Shown: one piece after another, positions 39,067 to 50,107 of the stretch
Layout: each line of letters begins with the position of its first letter
Numbering within the stretch: position 1 is the first letter of the stretch
Source of the DNA: Eledone cirrhosa
Taxonomy: Eukaryota
Assembly (NCBI GenBank): GCA_964016885.1
Contig: OZ024742.1
Span: forward strand, 253,022,001-253,086,000
Direction: 5' to 3'
DNA: 64,000 bases
Made by a program: the position numbers and the translations under genes
Notes under the pieces: model-generated
Databases searched by the model: none
What the model was told of the DNA's origin: nothing
What the model saw: only the letters and a program-made list of their open reading frames with translations

Positions 39067-41342
39067 AGTTCAAGCATGTTCTACAACGCGATGACCAAAA
39101 ACGTGAGGTGTTCAGGATTGCTAGGCAATGCGTCAAGGAAAACCGTGATATTGTCGGGGAGAAGTGTGTACTTAACGATGATGGCATACTTGCCATCACC
39201 GACACTGATAAGAAGGTAGCTTGGAAGTGTCACTATGAAAGGCTACTAAATGAGGAGAATAAATGGGAGAAAGACAGTCTCCCCCATATCGACCCAATAG
39301 AGGGACCAGCAGTGTTAGTCGAGGGGAGTATAATAAGTAAGGCAATCAAGGATATGAAGACGGGTAAGGCGGCTGGGCCTTCGGAAATAGTTGCTGAGAT
39401 GCTGAAGGCATCTGGCACGGTGGGACACACCATGGTCACCCGCATAGTTAACCAAGTCGTACAGAATGGGGTTGTTCCGAAGGACTGGCATAGCAGCATC
39501 ATCGTTAACTGTTATAAGGGTAAAGGAGACGCCCTAGATAGGAGTAACTATAGAGGCATTAAATTAATCGACCAGGTCATGAAGGTCACGGAAAAAGTAA
39601 TAGCGCAACTAATCAGAGAGAGAATTGACCTAGATGAAATGCAGTTCGGGTTTGTGTCAGGCAAAAGCACCACAGACGCTCTTTTCATAGTACGACAACT
39701 ACAGGAGAAGTACCTAGCTAAAGGTAAACCCCTCTACTTAGCTTTTGTCGACCTGGAGAAAGCCTTCAACAGAGTCCCCCGCTCCATTATCTGGTGGGCT
39801 CTTAGAAAACTAGGCGTTGACGAATGGCTTGTGAGGGCTATACAAGCCATGTATAAAGAAACAGTCAGCAAGGTTAGAATTAACAACGAATATAGTGAAG
39901 AGTTTAGCGTAAAAGTTGGCGTCCATCAGGGCTCTGTTCTCAGCCCCCTACTATTTATTATTGCCCTTCAGGCTATAACAGAGGAGTTCAAGACAGGCTG
40001 CCCATGGGAACTCCTATACGCAGACGACCTGACACTCATAGCGGAATCAATGGCCGAGCTAGAGAAGAAATTCCAAACATGGAAGCACGGCCTAGAGTCA
40101 AAAGGACTTAAAATTAACCTGGCTAAGACCAAAGTTCTAGTTTGTAGGAAAGAAAACAAGGCGGCGGTCCCTTCTGGGAAATGGTCGTGCTCGGTGTGTA
40201 GGAAAGGCGTAGGTAGAAACTCCATTTTATGTCCTAAATGCAAAGTATGGGTGCATAAAAGATGTAGTGGGATCACAGGTAAGCTAACTAAGAACATAGA
40301 TTTTACATGTGGCCGGTGTTCTGGTGCAATAAGTAGCAGCAAGTGCCCACAAAATACTAGCTCTTTCAATTGCGCAGAGGGTTCTATAGAAATAGTGGAC
40401 AGCTTCCGTTACCTGGGCGATAAAATCAGCAGTGGGGGAGGGTGCTCTGAAAGTACTGTAGCTAGAGTCAGAACTGGTTGGAAAAAGTTCAGAGAGCTTA
40501 TACCACTATTAGCTGCTAAAGGGTTCTCTCTAAAAATGAAAGGCAGGTTGTACGATGCCTGCATACGAACAGCAATGTTGCATGGTAGTGAGACTTGGGC
40601 ATTGTGTGCAGAGGATATACGCAGACTAGAGAGGAACGAAGCTTGCATGCTCCGCTGGATGTGTAACAGTAATATACGTGAACGGCAAAGCATAAACGAA
40701 CTAAGGAAAAATTTAGAGATAAGAGGGATCAGATGTTGTTTACTCGAGAGAAGGCTACGTTGGTATGGACACGTGATGCGCATGAAAGTCGATAGCTGTA
40801 TAACAAAGTGCAGGGCAATAAAGATAGACGGTAGCCACGGAATAGGCAGACCTAGAAAAACCTGGGATGAGCTGATAAACTCCGACCTCACACACTTACA
40901 CCTCTCCAAGACAATGTCACTGGACCGAGACCTTTGGCGGTACTCAGTAACAGAGAAGACCCGCCTTGCCAGTAGGCATCTCTAACAAAATACACCCCCG
41001 TCCCGCCACCACCCCCACCCCATCCACACCACCCCATTCTATGTAAAGTTATGTTGGTGCCGCGCCATCCAGGCCGAAACAAATGAGATCGTGTAGGTGT
41101 CACGACAAAAAAACACACAGTCCATGCTGTAATGTGGCCGTGTAGGCAACACGGTAAAAACCTCCCAGACCCACACTGTAAATGTGGTTGGTGTTAGGAA
41201 GGGCATCCAACTGTAGAAAACCTGCCAGACAGTCCTATGCGAGCAAGACAATCACTCTTGCCTCAAGTGGGACTACCCCCGTCCAAACCCATGCAACCGT
41301 GGAACACGGACGTTAAACGTTGATGATGATGATGATGATGAT
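39067..41342 (+). mobile_element. 5'-truncated PHD-RTE copy B with ~25 bp TSD
   Basis: Open RT ORF 39108-40985; (GAT)n tail; atagagagagagatgtatatatgta at 39031-39055 and 41341-41365. Confidence 0.96.
39108..40985 (+). CDS. Uninterrupted RT+PHD reading frame (no endonuclease; truncated)
   Basis: 625 aa ORF with all RT motifs including YADD; a deletion removes the normal stop (TRLASRHL end). Confidence 0.75.
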   Translation: MFRIARQCVKENRDIVGEKCVLNDDGILAITDTDKKVAWKCHYERLLNEENKWEKDSLPHIDPIEGPAVLVEGSIISKAIKDMKTGKAAGPSEIVAEMLKASGTVGHTMVTRIVNQVVQNGVVPKDWHSSIIVNCYKGKGDALDRSNYRGIKLIDQVMKVTEKVIAQLIRERIDLDEMQFGFVSGKSTTDALFIVRQLQEKYLAKGKPLYLAFVDLEKAFNRVPRSIIWWALRKLGVDEWLVRAIQAMYKETVSKVRINNEYSEEFSVKVGVHQGSVLSPLLFIIALQAITEEFKTGCPWELLYADDLTLIAESMAELEKKFQTWKHGLESKGLKINLAKTKVLVCRKENKAAVPSGKWSCSVCRKGVGRNSILCPKCKVWVHKRCSGITGKLTKNIDFTCGRCSGAISSSKCPQNTSSFNCAEGSIEIVDSFRYLGDKISSGGGCSESTVARVRTGWKKFRELIPLLAAKGFSLKMKGRLYDACIRTAMLHGSETWALCAEDIRRLERNEACMLRWMCNSNIRERQSINELRKNLEIRGIRCCLLERRLRWYGHVMRMKVDSCITKCRAIKIDGSHGIGRPRKTWDELINSDLTHLHLSKTMSLDRDLWRYSVTEKTRLASRHL

Positions 41343-41461
41343 AGAGAGAGAGATGTATATATGTACATGTATATAATACACAAACACACATATGTTTTTT
41401 CTTCCGTTTATTCCTCTTCTCACTCTCTCTCTTTCCAGGTCATCTTTTATCTCCCTTACTA

Positions 41462-41497
41462 TCTTCTGATGAAGGACTAGTGTCTGAAATATAAAGA
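41462..41497 (+). ncRNA. Minimal hammerhead-like motif in a short pLTR-like repeat
   Basis: tctt-CTGATGA-a-ggac(tagt)gtct-GAAA-ta-TA-aaga; relatives at about 14925, about 49700 and 53436. Confidence 0.55.
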
Positions 41498-41597
41498 CGC
41501 ATTTCCTACTACATCAAGTGTTAAACTAATATATTCATTCATTGTGCTGTGTTGTTTCCTTTGTTGTTTCCATTTTAATTTATATATATATATATAT

Positions 41598-42742
41598 TTT
41601 TATGTCCTAAATGCAAAGTATGGGTGCATAAAAGATGTAGTGGGATCACAGGTAAGCTAACTAAGAACATAGATTTTACATGTGGCCGGTGCTCTGGTGC
41701 AATAAGTAGCAGCAAGTGCCCACAAACTACTAGCTCTTTCAATTGCGCAGAGGGTTCTATAGAAATAGTGGACAGCTTCCGTTACCTGGGCGATAAAATC
41801 AGCAGTGGGGGAGGGTGCTCTGAAAGTACTGTAGCTAGAGTCAGAACTGGTTGGAAAAAGTTCAGAGAGCTTATACCACTATTAGCTGCTAAAGGGTTCT
41901 CACTAAAAATGAAAGGCAGGTTGTACGATGCCTGCATACGAACAGCAATGCTGCATGGCAGTGAGACCTGGGCATTGTGTGCAGAGGATATACGCAGACT
42001 AGAGAGGAACGAAGCTTGCATGCTCCGCTGGATGTGTAACAGTAATATACGTGAACGGCAAAGCATAAACGAACTAAGGAAAAAATTAGAGATAAGAGGG
42101 ATCAGATGTTGTTTACTCGAGAGAAGGCTACGTTGGTATGGACACGTGATGCGCATGAAAGTCGATAGCTGTATAACAAAGTGCAGGGCAATAAAGATAG
42201 ACGGTAGTCACGGAATAGGCAGACCTAGAAAAACCTGGGACGAGCTGATAAATTCCGACATCACACACTTACACCTCTCCAAGACAATGTCACTGGACCG
42301 AGACCTTTGGCGGTACTCAGTAACAGAGAAGACCCGCCTTACCTAAATATATAGTAAAACCTACTCCAGCCAGTAGGCATCTCTAACAAAATACACCCCG
42401 TCCCACCACCACCACCCCCACCCGATCCACACCACCCCGTTCTATGTAAAGTTATGTTGGTGCCGCGCCATCGAGGCCGAAACAAATGAGATCGTGTAGG
42501 TGTCACGACAAAAAAACACACAGTCCACGCTGTAATGTGGCCGTGTAGGCAACACGGTAAAAACCTCCCAGACCCACACTGTAAATGTGGTTGGTGTTAG
42601 GAAGGGCATCCAACTGTAGAAAACCTGCCAGACAGTCCTATGCGAGCAAGACAATCACTCTTGCCTCAAGTGGGACTACCCCCGTCCAAACCCATGCAAG
42701 CATGGAACACGGACGTTAAACGTTGATGATGATGATGATGAT
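41598..42742 (+). mobile_element. 5'-truncated PHD-RTE copy
   Basis: ORF 41624-42346; 3'UTR; (GAT)n; flanked by (TA)n on both sides. Confidence 0.96.
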
Positions 42743-43503
42743 ATATATATATATATATATATATTTATACTCTGCTATGTGTTGAATACCTTACTTACTG
42801 TGGTTACCCTTGATTGAACCTGGGATAAGCATATATATATATGCAAACATTATATATATATGTATATATATATCATCATCATCATCATCATCACCGTTTT
42901 ACGTCCGTTCTTCCACGCTAGCATGGGTTATATAAATATACATAACATATATAGGTGTGTTGAATGAAGAAAGCAAAAAGCAAGACAAGAGGTATAATTA
43001 TATGAAATAAAAACAGGTGTGTAATACAGAAAGGTAAATTAACCAGGTAAAAATATAGAGTGAAAATAAAAAGAAGTAATTTTCTATGAACACCTACACA
43101 AACATAATTATTACTGCTTTCAAAAGATATGACTTGAAATTACCTTTATTCTGTGGAATTGTAAGTTTTATGTGAACATTAAGTGTGTTTGTTCTTCCAC
43201 CCCCACCCCTTCCTATCTTAAGTTTGGTTTTATGATGTTTGATGAGATTTTTGGGGTGGCGGAGTGTTAATATTCGTTTTTTTTTTTTTACTTTTGTTTT
43301 GTTAATGATTACTTTAAAAGCTATATAATAAGTGAGGCAAAATATTTTCTAAACTAAACCTAAGAATATTTCCTTTGGTGAAAACCCCAATAACATTGAA
43401 AGATTTATATTATTATTCTTTTTATTGATTTTGTTTTTCTGAAGAAGAATTTCAGTAATAAGCTTTAAAAGCTCGTCATTTTAGAAGACAATATGTATGT
43501 AAG

Positions 43504-43537
<34 letters not shown>

Positions 43538-43551
43538 TGTATGTATGTATG

Positions 43552-43583
<32 letters not shown>

Positions 43584-43662
43584 GAAACATATAGATACAT
43601 ATATAAATATAAATACTCATATATATATATTTGTATATATGTATACACACACACACACACAC

Positions 43663-43695
<33 letters not shown>

Positions 43696-43866
43696 TATGT
43701 AGTATTAAGGATACTATTTATGGTTATGTATATACTAAAACTTTTTATAGTTATATATATTTTAAACCCTAAACAGTGAAAGACAGTAATTTATTACTTC
43801 CTTATTACCAGTAAGATAAATAGCTCAATGTAATAACATCAGTTGTTCTACAGAGCAGTTATATAG

Positions 43867-44388
43867 AAATCACATGAATCAAAGTTCTGTTCAAACCATT
43901 TATTAGCTTACAATTGTTTCGTCCAAACCGAGGTTTGGAGTCTTCGGAGCATTATTTAATGTTTGTATACATTCATGACCTCCTTTCCAACGCAAGAGAC
44001 ACACAGAAACATATGTATATATCGATGCACAGTGGGGTGACATTCATTATAATATTTTTGCATGGCAATTTAAATTCAAAAATTAAAATCATATTAAAAC
44101 AAAATTAAAGTTAAAATACAACATCGGCAGTTTACGAAGATAATGCAAGAGGATAGTTTGTTAGTCATTTGAAGTAGTTAGTGCATGCAATAGTTACACA
44201 TGGGGCATGCACGTGTGTCTTATTTATATAAGATTATTGTGCGGCAAGGTGTTATATGTCTCTTGTGTTGGAAAGGAGGTCATGTATGTAAACAATCATT
44301 GAAAAATTGCTCCGAAGACTCCAAACCTCGGTTTGGACGAAACAATTGTGAGCTAATAAATGGTTTGAACAGAACTTTGATTCATGTG

Positions 44389-44392
<4 letters not shown>
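43867..44392. mobile_element. Short element with ~135 bp inverted arms, each with a hammerhead-like motif (43906-43950 -, 44309-44353 +)
   Basis: gct-CCGAAGA-c tccaaac(ctcg)gtttgga c-GAAA-C(AATT)G-TA/TG-agc, followed by taataaa. Confidence 0.7.
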
Positions 44393-44478
<86 letters not shown>

Positions 44479-44479
<1 letters not shown>

Positions 44480-45518
44480 ATAAGTAGCAGCAAGTGCCCA
44501 CAAAATACTAGCTCTTTCAACTGCGCAGAGGGCTCTATAGAAATAGTGGACAGCTTCTGTTACCTGGGTGACAAAATCAGCAGTGGGGGAGGGTGCTCTG
44601 AAAGTACAGTAGCTAGAGTCAGAACTGGATGGAAAAAGTTCAGAGAGCTTACACCACTATTGGCCGCTAAAGGGTTCTCCCTAAAAATGAAAGGCAGGTT
44701 GTATGATGCCTGCATACGGACAGCAATGCTGCATGGCAGTGAGACCTGGGCATTGTGTGCAGAGGATATACACAGACTAGAGAGGAACAAAGCTTGCATG
44801 CTCCGCTGGATGTGTAATAGTAATATACGTGAACGGCAAAGCATAAACGAACTAAGGAAAAAATTAGAAATAAGAGGGATCAGATGTTGTTTACTCGAGA
44901 GAAGACTACGTTGGTATGGTCACGTGATGCGCATGAAAGTCGATAGCTGTATAACAAAGTGCAGGGCAATAAAGATAGACGGTAGCCACGGAATAGGCAG
45001 ACCTAGAAAAACCTGGGACGAGCTGATAAACTCCGACCTCACACACTTACACCTCTCCAAGACAATGTCACTGGACCGAGACCTTTGGCGCTACACAGTA
45101 ATACAGAAGACCCGCCTTACCTAAATACATAGTAAAACCTACTACAGTCAGTAGGCATCTCTAACAAAATACACCCCCGTCCCACCACCCCCACCCCATC
45201 CACACCGCCCCCTTCTATGTAAAGTTATGTTGGTGCCACACCATCCAGGCCGAAACAAATGAGGTCGTGTAGGTGTCACGACAAAAAAACACACAGTCCA
45301 TGCTGTAATGTGGCCGTGTAGGCAACACGGTAAAAACCTCCCAGACCCACACTGTAAATGTGGTTGGTGTTAGGAAGGGCATCCAACTGTAGAAAACCTG
45401 CCAGACAGTCCTATGCGAGCAAGACAATCACTCTTGCCTCAAGTGGGAAAACCCCCGTCCAAACCCATGCAAGCGTGGAACACGGACGTTAAACGTTGAT
45501 GATGATGATGATGATGAT
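44479..45518 (+). mobile_element. 5'-truncated PHD-RTE copy
   Basis: ORF 44546-45124; (GAT)n; flanked by (TA)n on both sides. Confidence 0.96.
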
Positions 45519-45886
45519 ATATATATATTTATATATACGTACATATTCTTACATGTATATGTTTGTTGTTGTAATTTAGTAAAAAAAACAATAATCAAAG
45601 TTAAGAATGTGTAATGTAATATAATAAACTGCCACTAATAAGGCCTTCGGCATCAGTAATATTTTCTAAAAACTCCTGAGATGAATAAAAATCAAAATAA
45701 CCATATTATCTATATATATATGAGTATTTGATATATTTTTATATATCATATATATATATATAAAGTAAGTACAAACACATGAGTTGGTATGTATATGGGT
45801 GTTGTGGGTTAGTGTATTAGTGTGTCATACAAACACACACACACATACATATATATATGTGTATATGTATATATATATATATATAC

Positions 45887-45918
<32 letters not shown>

Positions 45919-45920
<2 letters not shown>

Positions 45921-46983
45921 GGCGGCTGCCAACTCGTTTTCGAGTACGGCCACTACTTTATATCCATGTAGGAAAACCCCCTACCGATGCGCTAAACAAG
46001 TGTGACTTTTAGTCCAGCCAGCGACTTGAAAACTCTGGTACAAACACTACACCTGTGACAATTATTGACACATAGTGCTGGGCCCATGGGACCATGTGAC
46101 GACAAGTGCAGAGAGATCTCCAGATATAAAGCAATGCCTGTGCCGTGAAGCTTTTATAGTGAGCAAAGGCACTGCACAAAGCCAGTCCCACTCTCTTAAC
46201 CAAGATGATATTTACCAAAAAGAAGAACAAGTCAACATCATTGGATACCATCAGGGTTGCAGGTGTTATATCAGAGTTTTCCTTCTCCTAGAATTCTGCT
46301 TTGACAAAGGCTAAGGGGTCATCTCTCCCGGATATATATATATACATACATACATACACATATATATATATACATGATGGCTGCCAACTCGTTTTCGAGT
46401 ACCGCCACTACTTTATATCCATGTAGGAGAACCCCTACCGATGCGCTGAATGAGTGTGACTTTTTAGTCCAGCCAGCGACTCGAAAACTCTGGTACAGAC
46501 ACTACACCTGTGACAATTATTGACACATAGTGCTGGGCCCATGGTACCATGTAACGATAAGTGCAGAGAGATCTCTAGATATAAAGCAATGCCTGTGCCG
46601 TGAAGCATTTATAGTGAGTAAAGGAACTGCACAAAGCCAGTCCCACTCTCTTAACCAAGATGATATTTACCAAAAAGAATAACAAGTCAACATCATTGGA
46701 TACCATCACGGTTGCAGGTGTTATATCAGAGTTTTCCTTCTCCTAGAATTCTGCCTAGACAAAGGCTAAGGGATCATCTCTCCCGGTGATTTTGGATGGC
46801 CATTGACTCTTAAGAGCTCCTTTGCCCTTTGACAGGTTTTGTTTTTAGTCCTGCAGGATGTCCAAAGTCACCCTCCTCACCAAGAAACCTTGGTGGGGTT
46901 GCCAGTTTAGTCGCCAACGACCCGACCATGAGACAGGTTGTACTGGGATACATGTTACCAGTAGCACCAACTGGTGACCTGAC
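45919..46983 (-). repeat. Tandem duplication of a ~410 bp LINE-5'-like segment (45919-46330 / 46378-46786), continuing into an RTE-5'UTR-like piece
   Basis: ggctgccaactcgttttcgagtac...catctctcccgg occurs twice, separated by a TA/CA spacer. Confidence 0.8.
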
Positions 46984-47011
46984 ATATATATATATAAATA
47001 CATACATACAT

Positions 47012-47045
<34 letters not shown>

Positions 47046-47064
47046 GCATACATATATAATATTA

Positions 47065-47297
47065 ATAATTGTTTCTACTTTTGGCACAAGGCCAGCAATT
47101 AACCAGTGTATTACTGGTACTTTATTTTAATACTAATAATGATAACAATTGTTTCTACTTTTGGCACAAGATCAGCAATTTGAAAGGAAGAGGAAAGTCA
47201 ATTAAATTGACTTCCCTGCATTACGAGTACCTTATGTCATCAACCCCATAAAGATGAAAGGTAAAACTAACCTCGCTGGGATTTGAACTCAGAATGT
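47065..47297 (-). mobile_element. Partial, tandem tRNA-SINE pieces
   Basis: aattgtttctacttttggcacaag twice; gggatttgaactcagaa. Confidence 0.75.
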
Positions 47298-47913
47298 AAA
47301 TGAGATAAAAATGTATTTTTGAATTTGAGTAGACTGCATAGATTTAGTGGGGCAAAAGGGCTAAAGGGCTAAATTATTCATTATCCAGAGCAGCATGATT
47401 CCCAATGTGCCATCTGTATATTTTAGTTGCAGTCACAAGTGCACACCAATGATTATGTAAGCAATCTCGGACTGGTACATCATCTTTAGTTGGGATTTCT
47501 CCAATAATCTCAGGTCGACCTTGCCACCTAGAATACCACTCTCTCACTGTAGTAGTTGTTCTGTGTATGTGTATCATTGCATAACCTTAAGGAGGCGGTT
47601 GTTGTAGCATCATTGATGTGAAAATGCTAGGTGCTAATAAATAAATAAAATATTTATTCCAACCATTGAAGCTTTCTAATATTTCCTTCCATATACTGTA
47701 CCGATTACATTGTTATTTCTGTTTACATTTTACAGACATATATATATATATATATATCAATGCTTACATGGACCTCTTAAATTTGTTGGATTTTCAAATT
47801 GAATTTTCATTCTGAAACTGGATCTAGACCTGGAGTTTACCTGAACTTCCACCAGGAAATCTTTTCATATCACTGATATTTTCTTTGCGACATGCATTAT
47901 CTAAATATACCAA

Positions 47914-48103
47914 GGGCGGTGGATTGGCAGTATCGGTAGAGAGTCGGACGCCATGCTTTCCAGCATAGTTACGTCCCTTTACGGACTGAGTTCAAATCCC
48001 ACCGAGGTTAACTTTGCCTTTCATCCTTTCGGGGTCGATAAAATAAAGTACCAGTAATGTACTGGGTAATTGCTGACCTTGTGCCAAAAGTAGAAACAAT
48101 TAT
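47914..48103 (+). mobile_element. tRNA-derived SINE, well preserved
   Basis: ggcggtggattggcagtatcggtagagagtcggac...ctgagttcaaatccc...cctttcatcctttcggggtcgataaaat...agtagaaacaatt. Confidence 0.9.
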
Positions 48104-48139
48104 CTAAATATACCACAACTCCCAATCACTTTTCCTCCA

Positions 48140-49810
48140 CTATACTCTTCTTACTTCCACCTACTTCATCTAACTCATCTATTTCTGTCTCACCCCAGTA
48201 CCTTCATCATGCCCAATCTCAAATCTTTTCTTCGCCAGCTCCATTCCACTCTCAAACGCTTCCTCCAACCTCTCCCCCCCTATTTGCATTCGATCCTCTG
48301 AGCATCTCTCCAGCTTCATCTTCACCAAAACTAGATATAACAATCACATTACATTTTTAAGTCGCTGACTCTACCACCACCTCATTTCCCGAGGTTGCTG
48401 CCTCAAGTTTCACCCCACCACTCCCACCACTGAGCCCATCCTCATCCACTCCTCTTGCCAGCTCATGTGGGTGACTATCCGATCTACTCTCGCCCAAATC
48501 CGTTCTCTCAACCAAGATCTCTTCAACGCTTGCCTCCATCTCTTCTCCACTTGCCACCCCTCCTTGCCCAATCCCTCATCCAATTCATCCTTCACTTCAA
48601 TTGCCTCCTCTTGAATTTCCTCACTTCCATCAAAAACCACAAACTTCACTCACTCCGCTTCCGCCTGCCGTCATCACCGATACTCATTTCACCTCCTGCC
48701 CTAACTCTACTATTTCGTCACCTACCACCCCTTTCCTCTTCCAACCACTGAATTTGCACACGCTTTACATAATCACCTTAATCTCTCTGCCTCCGCCACT
48801 TTCACACCCTCACGCCTCTACATTGTTGTCACCATACCCCAGGACCTACCACTCTCCGATGCTGAGTGCTCCCACCTCGCCCGAGGTTTGCGTTTTATAC
48901 TAACATCATCGGCACAGATGGATGACTTTACTTGTCTCAGTTGCTGGCAATCACACTGGAAGCCAAGCTCTGGCTAGTTCAGCACCCTCAACTCTTTTGT
49001 GGACAATTTCCAATGTACTGTGAATAGGTTCCGTTTCCACCAGCATTCTTGTCGCTCTAACCTTACCTGAGTCGAGCTCTCCACTCTTCGCAACTCCATC
49101 ATAGGCCTCACGCACCAGGACTGAACAGAGTCTGATTTTCTGCCTTGGGTCCTCTTTCTCCCATGGACTCAACTCCCCTCCTCAAAATTTCTTTAATATT
49201 ACACATATACGTTCGTGCTTCCTTCTCTACCCTTTGCACCTGTCATCTTTAATATACACATATACGTTCGTGCTTACTTCTCTACCCTTTACCCTGTCAC
49301 GTTTACCCAGTTCGTTAGCACACACGTGCTTGTACATTCACCCCTAGATTCCTATGGCTCTCTTATGATCAGAAACATATACTCATACAGCTGATACAGA
49401 CCAACAAAATACACACGCACACCTCTACTTTTCCCTTCACAGATCTGTACACACACACACACACACACGTGCGCACACATTCACGTGCACACGTATAGCT
49501 CTATTTACAAAACGTTTTTTTTCCATTTCAGGTAGATGCGCTCCATCATCCACTTTTCTAAATAAATATATCATACACAAAACACCAGGAGCAACAGTTT
49601 TCCAAGAGATGGCAACATGTTAATTTTCTCTAAAAACATTTTTTTCGTTTCCACCTTGCAAGTCCCTTCAATCTTTCTAATTTCTCATTCTTTCTTCTAT
49701 TGAATGACTAGCGTCCGAAACATTAAGACCCTCTTCCAGCTATTTCAAGCGTTAAACTAATATATTCCTTCCATATACTGTGCCGATTGTATTTCTGTTT
49801 ACATTTTACA
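48140..49810 (+). mobile_element. Internally deleted Penelope-like element with pLTR-like direct repeat
   Basis: N-terminal TRYNNHITFLSR..LI..G and VVTIPQDLPLSDAE...GLRF; decayed GIY-YIG tail; repeat 47677-47735 vs 49758-49810; decayed hammerhead at about 49695-49728. Confidence 0.65.
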
Positions 49811-50075
49811 CACACACACGTATATAAATATAGAATAGAATTATAGTAGGAGAATAAACAAGCTAAATTCTTGTAAAAATATTTATTTGTTTACAATTGT
49901 TTCAGAGGACAAAATCACAATTCAATCCATAAGATTGAGACCTATCAACATATGAATCAATAGGCCCAGGTGATATTAAAATCGAACTATGGTCTGACCT
50001 CATATTCAGAACGTAAAATCAATTTTCAAAAATACATGTCACTTATGGAGGAAACTAGAAAAAACATGAAACATG

Positions 50076-50106
<31 letters not shown>

Positions 50107-50107
<1 letters not shown>

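Noticed and set aside
46890-46983. HDV-, twister- or pistol-like fold in the RTE-5'-like piece (also 38730-38820)
   Set aside because: Some pairings exist (ccagt/actgg, gtcg/cgac) but no complete P1/P3/L3 could be assigned consistently in both copies
47914-48003. tRNA gene
   Set aside because: A/B-box head is fused to a SINE core and tail and repeated many times; no complete cloverleaf
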